Below are positions 56,298 to 64,000 of a stretch of DNA of 64,000 nucleotides, one piece after another; position 1 is the first letter of the stretch, and each line of letters opens with the position of its first letter. The notes beneath the pieces were generated by a model. The model was not told the origin of the DNA and did not search any database. It worked only from the letters and a program-made list of their open reading frames with translations. The translations under genes were made by a program, and so were the position numbers. Origin of the DNA: Burkholderiales bacterium. GTDB taxonomy: Bacteria; Pseudomonadota; Gammaproteobacteria; Burkholderiales; JBEEJL01. The DNA is taken from contig JBAVRP010000040.1 of NCBI GenBank assembly GCA_049695115.1, positions 10,040 through 74,039 of the forward strand, written 5' to 3'.

Positions 56298-57205
56298 TCA
56301 TGAAACATTATTTGCAGTTCAAGGACTTTACGTTGGATGAATATGAGTATTTATTCGCCCGCACGAAGTGGATAAAATCTCAATTTAAACAATATGTTAC
56401 CTACCAACCGCTGACAGACAGAATGTTGGCGATGGTGTTCGAAAAACAATCGACGCGCACGCGTGTGTCGTTTGAAGCGGGCATCTTTCAACTCGGCGGA
56501 TCGTCAATTAATCTCACCACTTCTGACTCTCATTTGGGCCGTGGCGAGCCGATTGAAGACGTCGCCAAAGTGATTTCGCGCATGGTCGATCTGGTAATGA
56601 TCCGCACCTTCGACCAAACCATTATCGAAAAATTCGCCACCAACTCACGTGTACCTGTAATCAATGGCCTCACCAACCAATATCATCCGTGCCAGATACT
56701 CGCCGACATTTTCACTTACTACGAACATCGCGGGCCGATTAAGGGCAAGGCAGTGGCGTGGATTGGCGACGCGAGCAACATGAGCCGCACCTGGCTTCAA
56801 GCGGCGGAAATATTCGATTTCACTTTGCATTTCGCCGCGCCAAAAGGTTATGAACTTGAAGCCGCGTTGCTTTCCAGTAAACATCTCAAATGTTTCACCG
56901 ACCCGCGCGAAGCGGCCAAAAGCGCAGACTTGGTCAACACCGATGTGTGGACCAGCATGGGCTTCGAGGCCGAAACTACCAAACGTAAACAAGATTTCGC
57001 CAGTTATATCGTCGATGGCACGCTGATGGCTCAAGCGAAAAAAGACGCGCTGTTCATGCACTGCCTGCCTGCACATCGCGGTGAAGAAGTCGCCGCCGAA
57101 GTCATCGACGGTCCACAAAGCGTGGTGTGGGACGAAGCGGAGAATCGTCTGCATGCGCAGAAGGCGTTGATGGAGTATTTGTTATTGGGGCGGGTAAAAA
57201 TTTAA
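56294..57205 (+). CDS. argF: ornithine carbamoyltransferase
   Basis: STRTRVSFE, HPCQILAD and HCLPAHRGEEV motifs. ATGA overlap with argD. Confidence 0.95.
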   Translation: MIMKHYLQFKDFTLDEYEYLFARTKWIKSQFKQYVTYQPLTDRMLAMVFEKQSTRTRVSFEAGIFQLGGSSINLTTSDSHLGRGEPIEDVAKVISRMVDLVMIRTFDQTIIEKFATNSRVPVINGLTNQYHPCQILADIFTYYEHRGPIKGKAVAWIGDASNMSRTWLQAAEIFDFTLHFAAPKGYELEAALLSSKHLKCFTDPREAAKSADLVNTDVWTSMGFEAETTKRKQDFASYIVDGTLMAQAKKDALFMHCLPAHRGEEVAAEVIDGPQSVVWDEAENRLHAQKALMEYLLLGRVKI

Positions 57206-57256
57206 GGAGAATATTTTATTTCACGTATATCCCTTTCCAATGTTGGCAACAGCCCG

Positions 57257-57646
57257 ATGGAACGAGCCATGGGACATGCGCCGCACATTCTCACCCCTAG
57301 GGTACAACTCGAAGATGTGTTTTTAAATAGTCCTACTTTCTCACCCGAGTTACGCGAGAAAGTGCGCCGTACTCTCGCCTTCGCGCACGGTTGCCTGTAT
57401 TGCCAAGCTAAGGCCGGGCCAGCAGATAAAACTCACGGCGACCCCAAAGTCGCTGCCGCTGTTGAGCTAACAAACATTTTCGCGCTTGATCACCGAGACA
57501 TTGACGACAAAATTCTTGCGCGCTACGAAACTATTTTTTCTGAAAACGAACTCGTTGAGCTCATGCTTTATATGGGCTTCATATGGGCGGGCGGCACCTT
57601 CGGAGCAGTGATGGGCTTGCAACCGCGTGAGAGTTACGGCTGTTAA
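57257..57646 (+). CDS. AhpD-like / carboxymuconolactone decarboxylase family protein
   Basis: The CLYC (CxxC) motif sits in a helical CMD-like context (LAFAHGCLYCQAKAG). The frame is open back to 57206, and a better-placed ATT at 57218 follows AAGGAGA (see findings). Confidence 0.6.
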   Translation: MERAMGHAPHILTPRVQLEDVFLNSPTFSPELREKVRRTLAFAHGCLYCQAKAGPADKTHGDPKVAAAVELTNIFALDHRDIDDKILARYETIFSENELVELMLYMGFIWAGGTFGAVMGLQPRESYGC

Positions 57647-57719
57647 TCATTTGCATAGTAACTTAATGAATTATTAAGCAAGGAGGCCGTTGCCGAATAA
57701 TTATTAGGTCGCGCGCGCT

Positions 57720-57787
57720 GTCATTGTGAACGAAGTGAAGGATCTGCTTCTTGCTAGCAGCTGATTCTTCGCTTTCCTCAGAATGAC
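57720..57787. repeat. palindromic intergenic repeat, family GTCATYCTGAG...CTCAGRATGAC
   Basis: GTCATTGTGAACGAAGTGAAGGATCTGCT ... AGCTGATTCTTCGCTTTCCTCAGAATGAC. Confidence 0.75.
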
Positions 57788-57815
57788 AATTGAATGAATA
57801 TCACGTTGTGCTGCA

Positions 57816-58145
57816 CTAAATTGTTTCCGGTCGCCAGCGATATTTTTCTAGCGACACGCGCCCGTTCAAACTAAACACCACACCTTCTTTTTCCAGCAGC
57901 ACGCGTTGCTGCGTATTGTGATCCCCGCTACTGCGCGCGCTGATTTCTCCTTTGGCGTTGATGACTCTATGCCACGGGATTTTTTTGCCCTCGGGCAATG
58001 CGTGTAACGCATAACCGACTTGGCGCGCATGACGACCTAATCCGGCGAGCAATGCAACTTGCCCGTAAGTCGCTACATTGCCGCGCGGAATTTTTTTCAC
58101 CGCGGCGTAGATGCGTTCGTAGTTGGAAATTTCTTTGGCTGACAT
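57816..58145 (-). CDS. alkyltransferase-like protein (ATL; MGMT DNA-binding domain without the acceptor Cys)
   Basis: IPRGNVATYGQVA and then KIPWHRVIN. Trp replaces the Cys of the PCHR motif, as in E. coli YbaZ/Atl1. ATG 58145 was chosen; the track's TTG 58163 is possible. Confidence 0.8.
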   Translation of the reverse strand: MSAKEISNYERIYAAVKKIPRGNVATYGQVALLAGLGRHARQVGYALHALPEGKKIPWHRVINAKGEISARSSGDHNTQQRVLLEKEGVVFSLNGRVSLEKYRWRPETI

Positions 58146-58193
58146 GGGGTGTAAACAACCCAACGAAAAGAAAATACACTATACCAATTATTA

Positions 58194-58211
58194 CATATAA
58201 TCAAATAGTTA
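58194..58211 (-). promoter_or_regulatory. AT-rich box copy (TAACTATTTGATTATATG) before the ATL gene
   Basis: It lies 30-48 nt upstream of the ATL start (depending on the start chosen), just after the ABC-F stop. Confidence 0.5.
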
Positions 58212-58235
58212 CAAGATATTTAATTATTGATGTCG

Positions 58236-59834
58236 TTATGCCTCTACACCCTGGCTACGCAAAAATTCTTCGTACGTGCCTTTGTAGTCGGTAATTTTTC
58301 CCGGTGTCATTTCTATAATGCGCGTTGCGAGCGACGACACAAATTCCCGATCGTGCGAGACGAAAATCAGCGTGCCTTTGTATTGTTCCAGTGCCGTATT
58401 GAGGGACTCGATGGACTCCATGTCGAGATGGTTGGTCGGTTCGTCCATTAACAACACATTATTTTTTTGCAGCATGAGTTTGCCGAATATCATGCGGCCT
58501 TTTTCCCCGCCGGAAATGACTTTGACGGATTTTTTTACTTCGTCGCCGGAGAACAACAATCGGCCTAGCGTTCCGCGTACCACCTGGTCCTCGTCTCCTT
58601 CGCGGCGCCAACTGGTCATCCATTCGGTGAGGGAAATATCCTCGGGAAAATCTTCCGTGGTGTCCTGCGCCATATAGCCGGGACGGGCTTTTTCCGCCCA
58701 CTTGACCACGCCTTCGTCGGGTTTCAGGTTACCGGCGAGGCAACGCAACAAAGTTGTTTTGCCCACGCCGTTCTGGCCGATAATGGCGATTTTTTCGCCT
58801 GGCTCGACGAGGATGTTGAAATTCTTGAACAGCGGTTGGTCATAGGCTTTGGCGAGTCTTTCCACACCTACTGCCGAACGGTGGAGTTTATCCTTGTCAT
58901 CGACTTCAAAACGGATAAACGGATATTGCCGGCTCGATGGTTTGATGTCTTCGAGTTTGATTTTTTCGATTTGTCTTTGGCGTGATGTCGCCTGGCGCGC
59001 TTTGGACGCATTGGCGGAAAAGCGCGCGACGAAAGCTTTGAGTTCGGTAATCTGCACCTGTTTTTTCGCATTGTCCGATGTCATTCGTTCCCGTGCTTGC
59101 GTCGAGGCAAGCATGTATTCGTCGTAATTGCCGGGATACACATTGATGGTGTTGTAGTCCAGATCGGCCATGTGCGTGCACACGCTGTTCAAGAAATGCC
59201 GGTCATGCGAAATGATGATCATGGCGCATTGACGCTGGTTGAGAATATCTTCCAGCCAGCGGATGGAATTGATGTCCAGGTTGTTGGTCGGCTCGTCGAG
59301 CAGCATGATGTCGGGATTGGAGAACAACACCTGCGCCAACAGCACGCGCAACTTCCAACCCGGCGAGACGTTGCTCATCGGGCCGTTGTGTTGCTCAATA
59401 GGGATGCCGACGCCCATCAGCAATTCGCCGGCGCGCGATTCGGCGGTGTAGCCGTCGTATTCGGCGAACTTGGCTTCGAGGTCGGCGGCGCGCATGTAAT
59501 CGTCTTCGCTCGCCTCGAGGTCGGCGTAAATCGCGTCGCGCTCCTGCATCGCCGCCCACATTTCGGTGTGGCCCTGCATCACCACGTCGAGCACGCGCTG
59601 GTCTTCGTAGGCGAATTGGTCCTGCTTTAGTTTGCCCAGACGTTCGCCGCGATCGAGCGATACGTTCCCGGCACTCGGCTCGAGATCGCCACCGAGTATC
59701 TTCATGAACGTGGTTTTGCCGCAGCCGTTGGCGCCGATTAAACCGTAGCGGTTGCCGTCGCCGAATTTTACCGAGACATTTTCGAATAATGGCTTTGCGC
59801 CGAATTGTATGGTGATGCCAGCGGTAGAAAGCAA
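58236..59834 (-). CDS. ABC-F family ATPase (YbiT-like)
   Basis: 532 aa with two ABC cassettes (GANGCGKTT and GQNGVGKTT Walker A; LSGGEK-type signatures). The N-terminus [37 protein letters not shown] parallels E. coli YbiT. It starts at TTG. Confidence 0.9.
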   Translation of the reverse strand: MLSTAGITIQFGAKPLFENVSVKFGDGNRYGLIGANGCGKTTFMKILGGDLEPSAGNVSLDRGERLGKLKQDQFAYEDQRVLDVVMQGHTEMWAAMQERDAIYADLEASEDDYMRAADLEAKFAEYDGYTAESRAGELLMGVGIPIEQHNGPMSNVSPGWKLRVLLAQVLFSNPDIMLLDEPTNNLDINSIRWLEDILNQRQCAMIIISHDRHFLNSVCTHMADLDYNTINVYPGNYDEYMLASTQARERMTSDNAKKQVQITELKAFVARFSANASKARQATSRQRQIEKIKLEDIKPSSRQYPFIRFEVDDKDKLHRSAVGVERLAKAYDQPLFKNFNILVEPGEKIAIIGQNGVGKTTLLRCLAGNLKPDEGVVKWAEKARPGYMAQDTTEDFPEDISLTEWMTSWRREGDEDQVVRGTLGRLLFSGDEVKKSVKVISGGEKGRMIFGKLMLQKNNVLLMDEPTNHLDMESIESLNTALEQYKGTLIFVSHDREFVSSLATRIIEMTPGKITDYKGTYEEFLRSQGVEA

Positions 59835-60080
59835 AATGATGACCTATGGGAATGAGCGGCAAAAAAACGAAGCGCATTTTAACATGGTGTAGACGCTTTC
59901 CCCTGTGCAAGGCCGACAATGTACGATTCAGAAGTACAGTGACTTGAATCTGGATTTTTCAACTAACCACTTGCTTTTATAACCATATGTTTTAATTGAT
60001 AATTATATTGTCCCCACTCGCTCGCTGAATCTCGCGCACTTTCCCGCTAAAATGAACGGCTGTCTATCGAAAGCCTGATC

Positions 60081-61358
60081 ATGGTCCCCCACCTCACCAC
60101 TGCTCTCACCGGTCCGCTCAAAGAGCTGGAAAAAACCATACTCGACGCCACGCCTTCCATTGAGCGCTGGTTTCGCAACCAATGGGTGGAACACGCCGCG
60201 CCGTTTTACACCTCGGTTGATTTGCGCAATAGCGGTTTCAAACTCGCGCCGGTAGATACCAATCTATTCCCCGGTGGCTTCAACAATCTGAATCCCGACT
60301 TCATACCGCTGTGCGTACAAGCAGTCATGAGCGCGGTGGAAAAAATCTGCCCCGACACGCAACGCTTTTTACTGATTCCGGAAAACCACACGCGCAATAC
60401 TTATTATTTACAGAATGTCGCAGCCCTACGCGACATCCTGAAAAGCGCGGGGTTGGAGGTGCGCATTGGCAGTCTTTTGCCGGACATTTTCGCGCCTATG
60501 CCATTGGAATTGCCTAACGGCGCGACGCTGGTACTTGAACCTATCAAACGCAAAGCAAATCGCGTCGGCCTGGATGGTTTCGACCCGTGCGCCATAGTGC
60601 TCAACAACGATTTGTCCGGCGGCGTGCCGGATATTTTGCGCAAGATCGAACAAGTGATTGTGCCCCCTCTCCACGCCGGATGGGCAACGCGGCGCAAGAC
60701 TAACCATTTCGCGCACTACGACAAAGTCGCGCAGGAATTCGCCGACCTGATCAAAATTGATCCGTGGTTGATTAATCCGTATTTTTCCCGTTGCGGCGAA
60801 GTGAATTTTGCCGAGAGTTCCGGACTCGAATGCCTGGCCAGCAATGTGGAATTTTTATTGCCGCGCGTGCAGGCGAAATACAAGGAATACGGTATCGGCG
60901 AAAATCCGTTTCTGATCGTCAAGGCTGACGCGGGGACCTACGGCATGGGCATCATGACGGTGAAAAGCGTCGATGACGTTACTGCGCTCAACCGCAAGCA
61001 ACGCAACAAAATGTCCGTGATAAAGGAAGGCGTCGAGGTTCAGGAAGTCATGATACAGGAAGGCGTTTATACTTTCGAAAGCATCAACGATGCCGTGGCG
61101 GAACCGGTGATATACATGATAGACCGCTACGTAGTCGGCGGATTTTATCGCGTGCACACCAGCCGCGGCGTAGACGAAAACCTTAACGCCGCCGGCATGG
61201 GTTTTGTGCCGCTGGCATTCGAGACGCCTTGCCACACGCCGGACAGCAACGATTCACCCAGCGCACCGCCGAATCGTTTTTACACATACGGCGTCATCGC
61301 ACGTTTGGCGATGCTGGCGGCCGCGCGGGAAATTGAATCGATGGAAAAAATCGATTAA
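60081..61358 (+). CDS. gshA: glutamate--cysteine ligase (short ~430-aa proteobacterial type)
   Basis: 425 aa, sitting directly upstream of gshB. The N-terminal block LKELEKTILDATPSIERWFRNQW...YTSVDLRNSGFKLAPVDTNLFPGGFNNL is typical of this GshA class as I recall it. Confidence 0.8.
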   Translation: MVPHLTTALTGPLKELEKTILDATPSIERWFRNQWVEHAAPFYTSVDLRNSGFKLAPVDTNLFPGGFNNLNPDFIPLCVQAVMSAVEKICPDTQRFLLIPENHTRNTYYLQNVAALRDILKSAGLEVRIGSLLPDIFAPMPLELPNGATLVLEPIKRKANRVGLDGFDPCAIVLNNDLSGGVPDILRKIEQVIVPPLHAGWATRRKTNHFAHYDKVAQEFADLIKIDPWLINPYFSRCGEVNFAESSGLECLASNVEFLLPRVQAKYKEYGIGENPFLIVKADAGTYGMGIMTVKSVDDVTALNRKQRNKMSVIKEGVEVQEVMIQEGVYTFESINDAVAEPVIYMIDRYVVGGFYRVHTSRGVDENLNAAGMGFVPLAFETPCHTPDSNDSPSAPPNRFYTYGVIARLAMLAAAREIESMEKID

Positions 61359-61381
61359 CAAAAATATTCCAAAATAGAAAC

Positions 61382-62317
61382 ATGAAACTCGCCATCATCC
61401 TCGACCCGCTGGAGTCGATAAAGACCTACAAAGATTCCACCTACGCCATGATGCGCGAGGCGTCATCGCGCAGGCATGAGATTTACGTCATGCAGCAGCA
61501 GGACGTAGTGTTAAGTAACGGCGTGGTAACCGGTTTCGCATGCAAACTGGCATTGCTCAACGATGAAATCAATTGGTACAGCGTCACTCCGCCGCAACCT
61601 GCACCGTTGAAACATTTCGACGTCGTGCTGATGCGCAAGGATCCGCCATTCAACATGGAATATATTTATTCCACCTATTTGCTTGAGCTCGCCGAACAGC
61701 AAGGCGCGCGCATATACAACCGGCCGAGCGCTATCCGCGATTACAACGAAAAACTTTCCACGGCGAAATTTCCCCAGTTCACGCCACCAACTTTGGTGAC
61801 GCGCCAGGCCGACCTGCTGCGCGCGTTTATCATCGAACACGAAGATGCAATTTTGAAACCGCTGGACGGCATGGGCGGCACGGGTATTTTCCGTTTGCAT
61901 AAAACCGACCACAACATCAATGTGATTATCGAGACGCTCACGCAATTTGGCACCCGCACGATCATGGCGCAACGTTATATTCCGGAGATTTCCAAAGGTG
62001 ACAAACGCATACTCGTCATCGACGGCAAACCGGCGGACTTCGCGCTGGCGCGCATTCCAAAAGACGGAGAAACGCGCGGCAACCTCGCCGCCGGCGGAAA
62101 AGGTATCGCACAAAAATTATTGCCGCGCGATCGCGAAATCGCCGAGGCGATCGGGCCGAAACTGCGAGATGAAGGTTTGATGCTTGTCGGGCTCGACGTG
62201 ATCGGCGATTACCTGACGGAAATCAACGTCACCAGTCCGACGTGTATGCAGGAAATTTTTTTGCAAACCGGATACAACAGCGCGGCGCTTATGATTGATG
62301 CGCTGGAAAAGCGGTGA
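61382..62317 (+). CDS. gshB: glutathione synthetase
   Basis: 311 aa beginning MKLAIILDPLESIKTYKDSTYAMMREA, with an ATP-grasp C-terminal half (ILKPLDGMGG, RILVIDG, NLAAGG). Confidence 0.95.
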   Translation: MKLAIILDPLESIKTYKDSTYAMMREASSRRHEIYVMQQQDVVLSNGVVTGFACKLALLNDEINWYSVTPPQPAPLKHFDVVLMRKDPPFNMEYIYSTYLLELAEQQGARIYNRPSAIRDYNEKLSTAKFPQFTPPTLVTRQADLLRAFIIEHEDAILKPLDGMGGTGIFRLHKTDHNINVIIETLTQFGTRTIMAQRYIPEISKGDKRILVIDGKPADFALARIPKDGETRGNLAAGGKGIAQKLLPRDREIAEAIGPKLRDEGLMLVGLDVIGDYLTEINVTSPTCMQEIFLQTGYNSAALMIDALEKR

Positions 62318-62405
62318 GCGAACAGGCACCGTATACCGATTGACAATCTGATTAAAAATTCAATAAAACCATATAGTTATAATTTAGCCCGGATCGGCAT
62401 CCTGC

Positions 62406-63821
62406 ATGGGTGATTTCATCTTCTATGGCCTTATTGCGCTCTGGATCGGCTATGTCATCAGCCTGTCGATCATGATCGTGCTGCAAAAACGTCCGCCGAT
62501 TTCCAGCCTGAGCTGGATTCTATCGCTGGCGTTTTTGCCCTACTTCGGCTTTTTGATTTACTACGTTCTCGGCCCTCAACGATTGAAGCGCCAACGCCTC
62601 CGCCGTATGCGCGTGAGGGCTTCGCTCAATGCCGTATCGGAAATCGGTCATTTGAAGAATCGCCTTCAAAACGAAGTGCCGGTGCATGTGTCGCAACAAA
62701 TCCGCCTCGGCCAAGCGACAACGGACTTCCCCGTTTCCACTTGTCATTTACTCAATCTATTAGTCGATGGCGAACAAACTTACGGTGCGATTTTCGCCGC
62801 TGTCCGCGGAGCCAAACATCATGTCCATCTGGAATACTATATATATGAGCCGGACAAAATCGGCACGTCACTGCGCGATTTGTTGATTGAAAAGGCCCGC
62901 GCGGGCGTGCAGGTGCGATTGCTGGTGGATGCATTAGGCGGCGCCAATCTTAAAGAAGAATTTCTGGCGCCGCTGCGCCAGGCCGGCGCCGAGGTAGCAT
63001 TTTTCCACCCCACTCAAATGCGTATCCGCCCGGTATGGAATATGCGCACCCACCGCAAAATCGTCGTGTGTGATGGCCGGGTCGGCTTCACCGGTGGTAT
63101 CAATATCACCGACGGAGAGGACGAACGTACGCGGTCCGACGCCTATCACGATTCGCATTTGCATCTTGAAGGTCCGGCGGTGCGCTGGCTGCAAATGATT
63201 TTCGTCGAAGACTGGTTTTACACCACAGGCCATGCATTGGGCGGCGACGGCCTGCTGCCCGACATGCCGCCCGGCCCCTACGCTGTGCAAATCATCCCAT
63301 CAGGGCCCGACAGCGAATGGGAAGCGATACACCGTGCTTATATTGCCGCCATCGAGCGCGGCGTAAAACGCATTTGGCTTACTACGCCTTATTTTGTGCC
63401 GGGTGAAGCGGCGCTGATGGCACTCACCTCTGCAGCGCTGCGCGGCGTCGATGTCAAATTGCTGGTGCCGCGGCGCGGCGACTCGGCTTTTGTCACGGCA
63501 GCGGCGAGATCGTATTACGACGAACTGTTGCGCGCGGGCGTGCATGTATTCGAATACACCAAACGCATGCTGCACTCGAAGACCCTGGTAGTCGATGACA
63601 CCTTCGCGCTGATCGGTACCGCTAACTTCGACAACCGCAGCTTTCGCCTCAACTTCGAAGTCTGCGCTACCGCCCACGGCGGCCACCTCAATGGGCAACT
63701 GGCAAAGCAATTCATCGCCGATCTCAAATCATCACAAGCTGTACGCGGCAACCGCGCCATAGCGCCTTTCCGCATGCGCCTGTTTGATGCCACTGCACGG
63801 TTGTTTTCGCCTTTGTTATAG
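62406..63821 (+). CDS. cls: cardiolipin synthase (PLD superfamily)
   Basis: 471 aa with two N-terminal TM helices and two HKD motifs (HRKIVVCD..GGINI, HSKTLVVDD..GTANFDNRS). Confidence 0.9.
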   Translation: MGDFIFYGLIALWIGYVISLSIMIVLQKRPPISSLSWILSLAFLPYFGFLIYYVLGPQRLKRQRLRRMRVRASLNAVSEIGHLKNRLQNEVPVHVSQQIRLGQATTDFPVSTCHLLNLLVDGEQTYGAIFAAVRGAKHHVHLEYYIYEPDKIGTSLRDLLIEKARAGVQVRLLVDALGGANLKEEFLAPLRQAGAEVAFFHPTQMRIRPVWNMRTHRKIVVCDGRVGFTGGINITDGEDERTRSDAYHDSHLHLEGPAVRWLQMIFVEDWFYTTGHALGGDGLLPDMPPGPYAVQIIPSGPDSEWEAIHRAYIAAIERGVKRIWLTTPYFVPGEAALMALTSAALRGVDVKLLVPRRGDSAFVTAAARSYYDELLRAGVHVFEYTKRMLHSKTLVVDDTFALIGTANFDNRSFRLNFEVCATAHGGHLNGQLAKQFIADLKSSQAVRGNRAIAPFRMRLFDATARLFSPLL

Positions 63822-63832
63822 AAACTGCGGTA

Positions 63833-64000
63833 TCAAGGCTTGGGTTTAGGAACTTGAATAGCGTAATCGCCACCTGAAGTGCAGGAGATCGATATCGACC
63901 GGTTATAATTTCCCACTGCCAATCCGGTTGGATCAACTAAAACAGGCAATTGCGCTCGGGTCATGCAAGTACTATTTGGTAACCATTTTGCGTTTAATAT
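63833..64000 (-). CDS. C-terminal 55 aa of an unidentified protein entering from the right edge (possibly a secreted/fimbrial-type subunit)
   Basis: My own translation of the minus frame reads ...ILNAKWLPNSTCMTRAQLPVLVDPTGLAVGNYNRSISISCTSGGDYAIQVPKPKP* with TGA at 63833-63835. It is open to the window edge. The Cys...ISISCTSGGDY pattern is reminiscent of spore-coat-U/fimbrial subunits, but this is weak. Confidence 0.3.
   Translation of the reverse strand: MLNAKWLPNSTCMTRAQLPVLVDPTGLAVGNYNRSISISCTSGGDYAIQVPKPKP

Overview
This is a 64-kb chromosomal segment from a proteobacterium. Gene order and protein types look beta/gamma-proteobacterial, but there is no rRNA in the window to confirm that.

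The content is almost entirely housekeeping, read left to right:
- The 5' end of a malonate decarboxylase gene (mdcA, partial), preceded on the minus strand by a TRAP transporter (dctPQM) and an amidase.
- purC, then the central-carbon cluster fba-pyk-pgk-gap-tkt.
- An IMPase-family gene, rsmE, argA, yggX, rpiA, ilvA and an aldehyde dehydrogenase.
- A decayed CBS-domain gene, tRNA-Thr(CGU), an Irr-like Fur-family regulator and a ThiO/DAO-like oxidase.
- A type IV minor-pilin operon (pilE, fimT/U-like, pilV, pilW, pilX, pilY1), then ispH-lspA-ileS-ribF.
- A lipoprotein and a secreted hypothetical.
- A seven-gene sulfate assimilation operon (TSUP permease, cysI, DUF934, cysH of the APS-reductase type, cysD, cysN, cobA) with divergent cysB.
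- A REP-flanked RAYT transposase, then murJ, rpsT, a DUF3579 gene and an Orn/Lys/Arg decarboxylase.
- A frameshifted MmeI-family restriction-modification gene.
- argD-argF, an AhpD-like gene, an alkyltransferase-like (ATL) gene, an ABC-F ATPase, gshA-gshB, cardiolipin synthase and a partial ORF at the right edge.

I found no CRISPR array, prophage, integrase or clear multi-gene defence island.

The points most worth a second look:
1. An orientation-locked 19-nt AT-rich box (TAACTATTTGATTATATTG) occurs at least 8 times just upstream of unrelated genes. Its core fits the IHF consensus.
2. At least four families of palindromic intergenic repeats are present, including GTAG-headed REPs flanking a RAYT. 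Some supply stop codons to neighbouring genes.
3. The MmeI-like R-M gene has a frame break and YPPF in place of the NPPF catalytic motif.
4. The TRAP-mdcA-amidase arrangement suggests malonate/malonamate use.
5. The cysI-DUF934 pair occurs with no cysJ in the window.
6. An Irr-type regulator is present.

All family assignments come from reading the translations and from remembered motifs. No database search was run.
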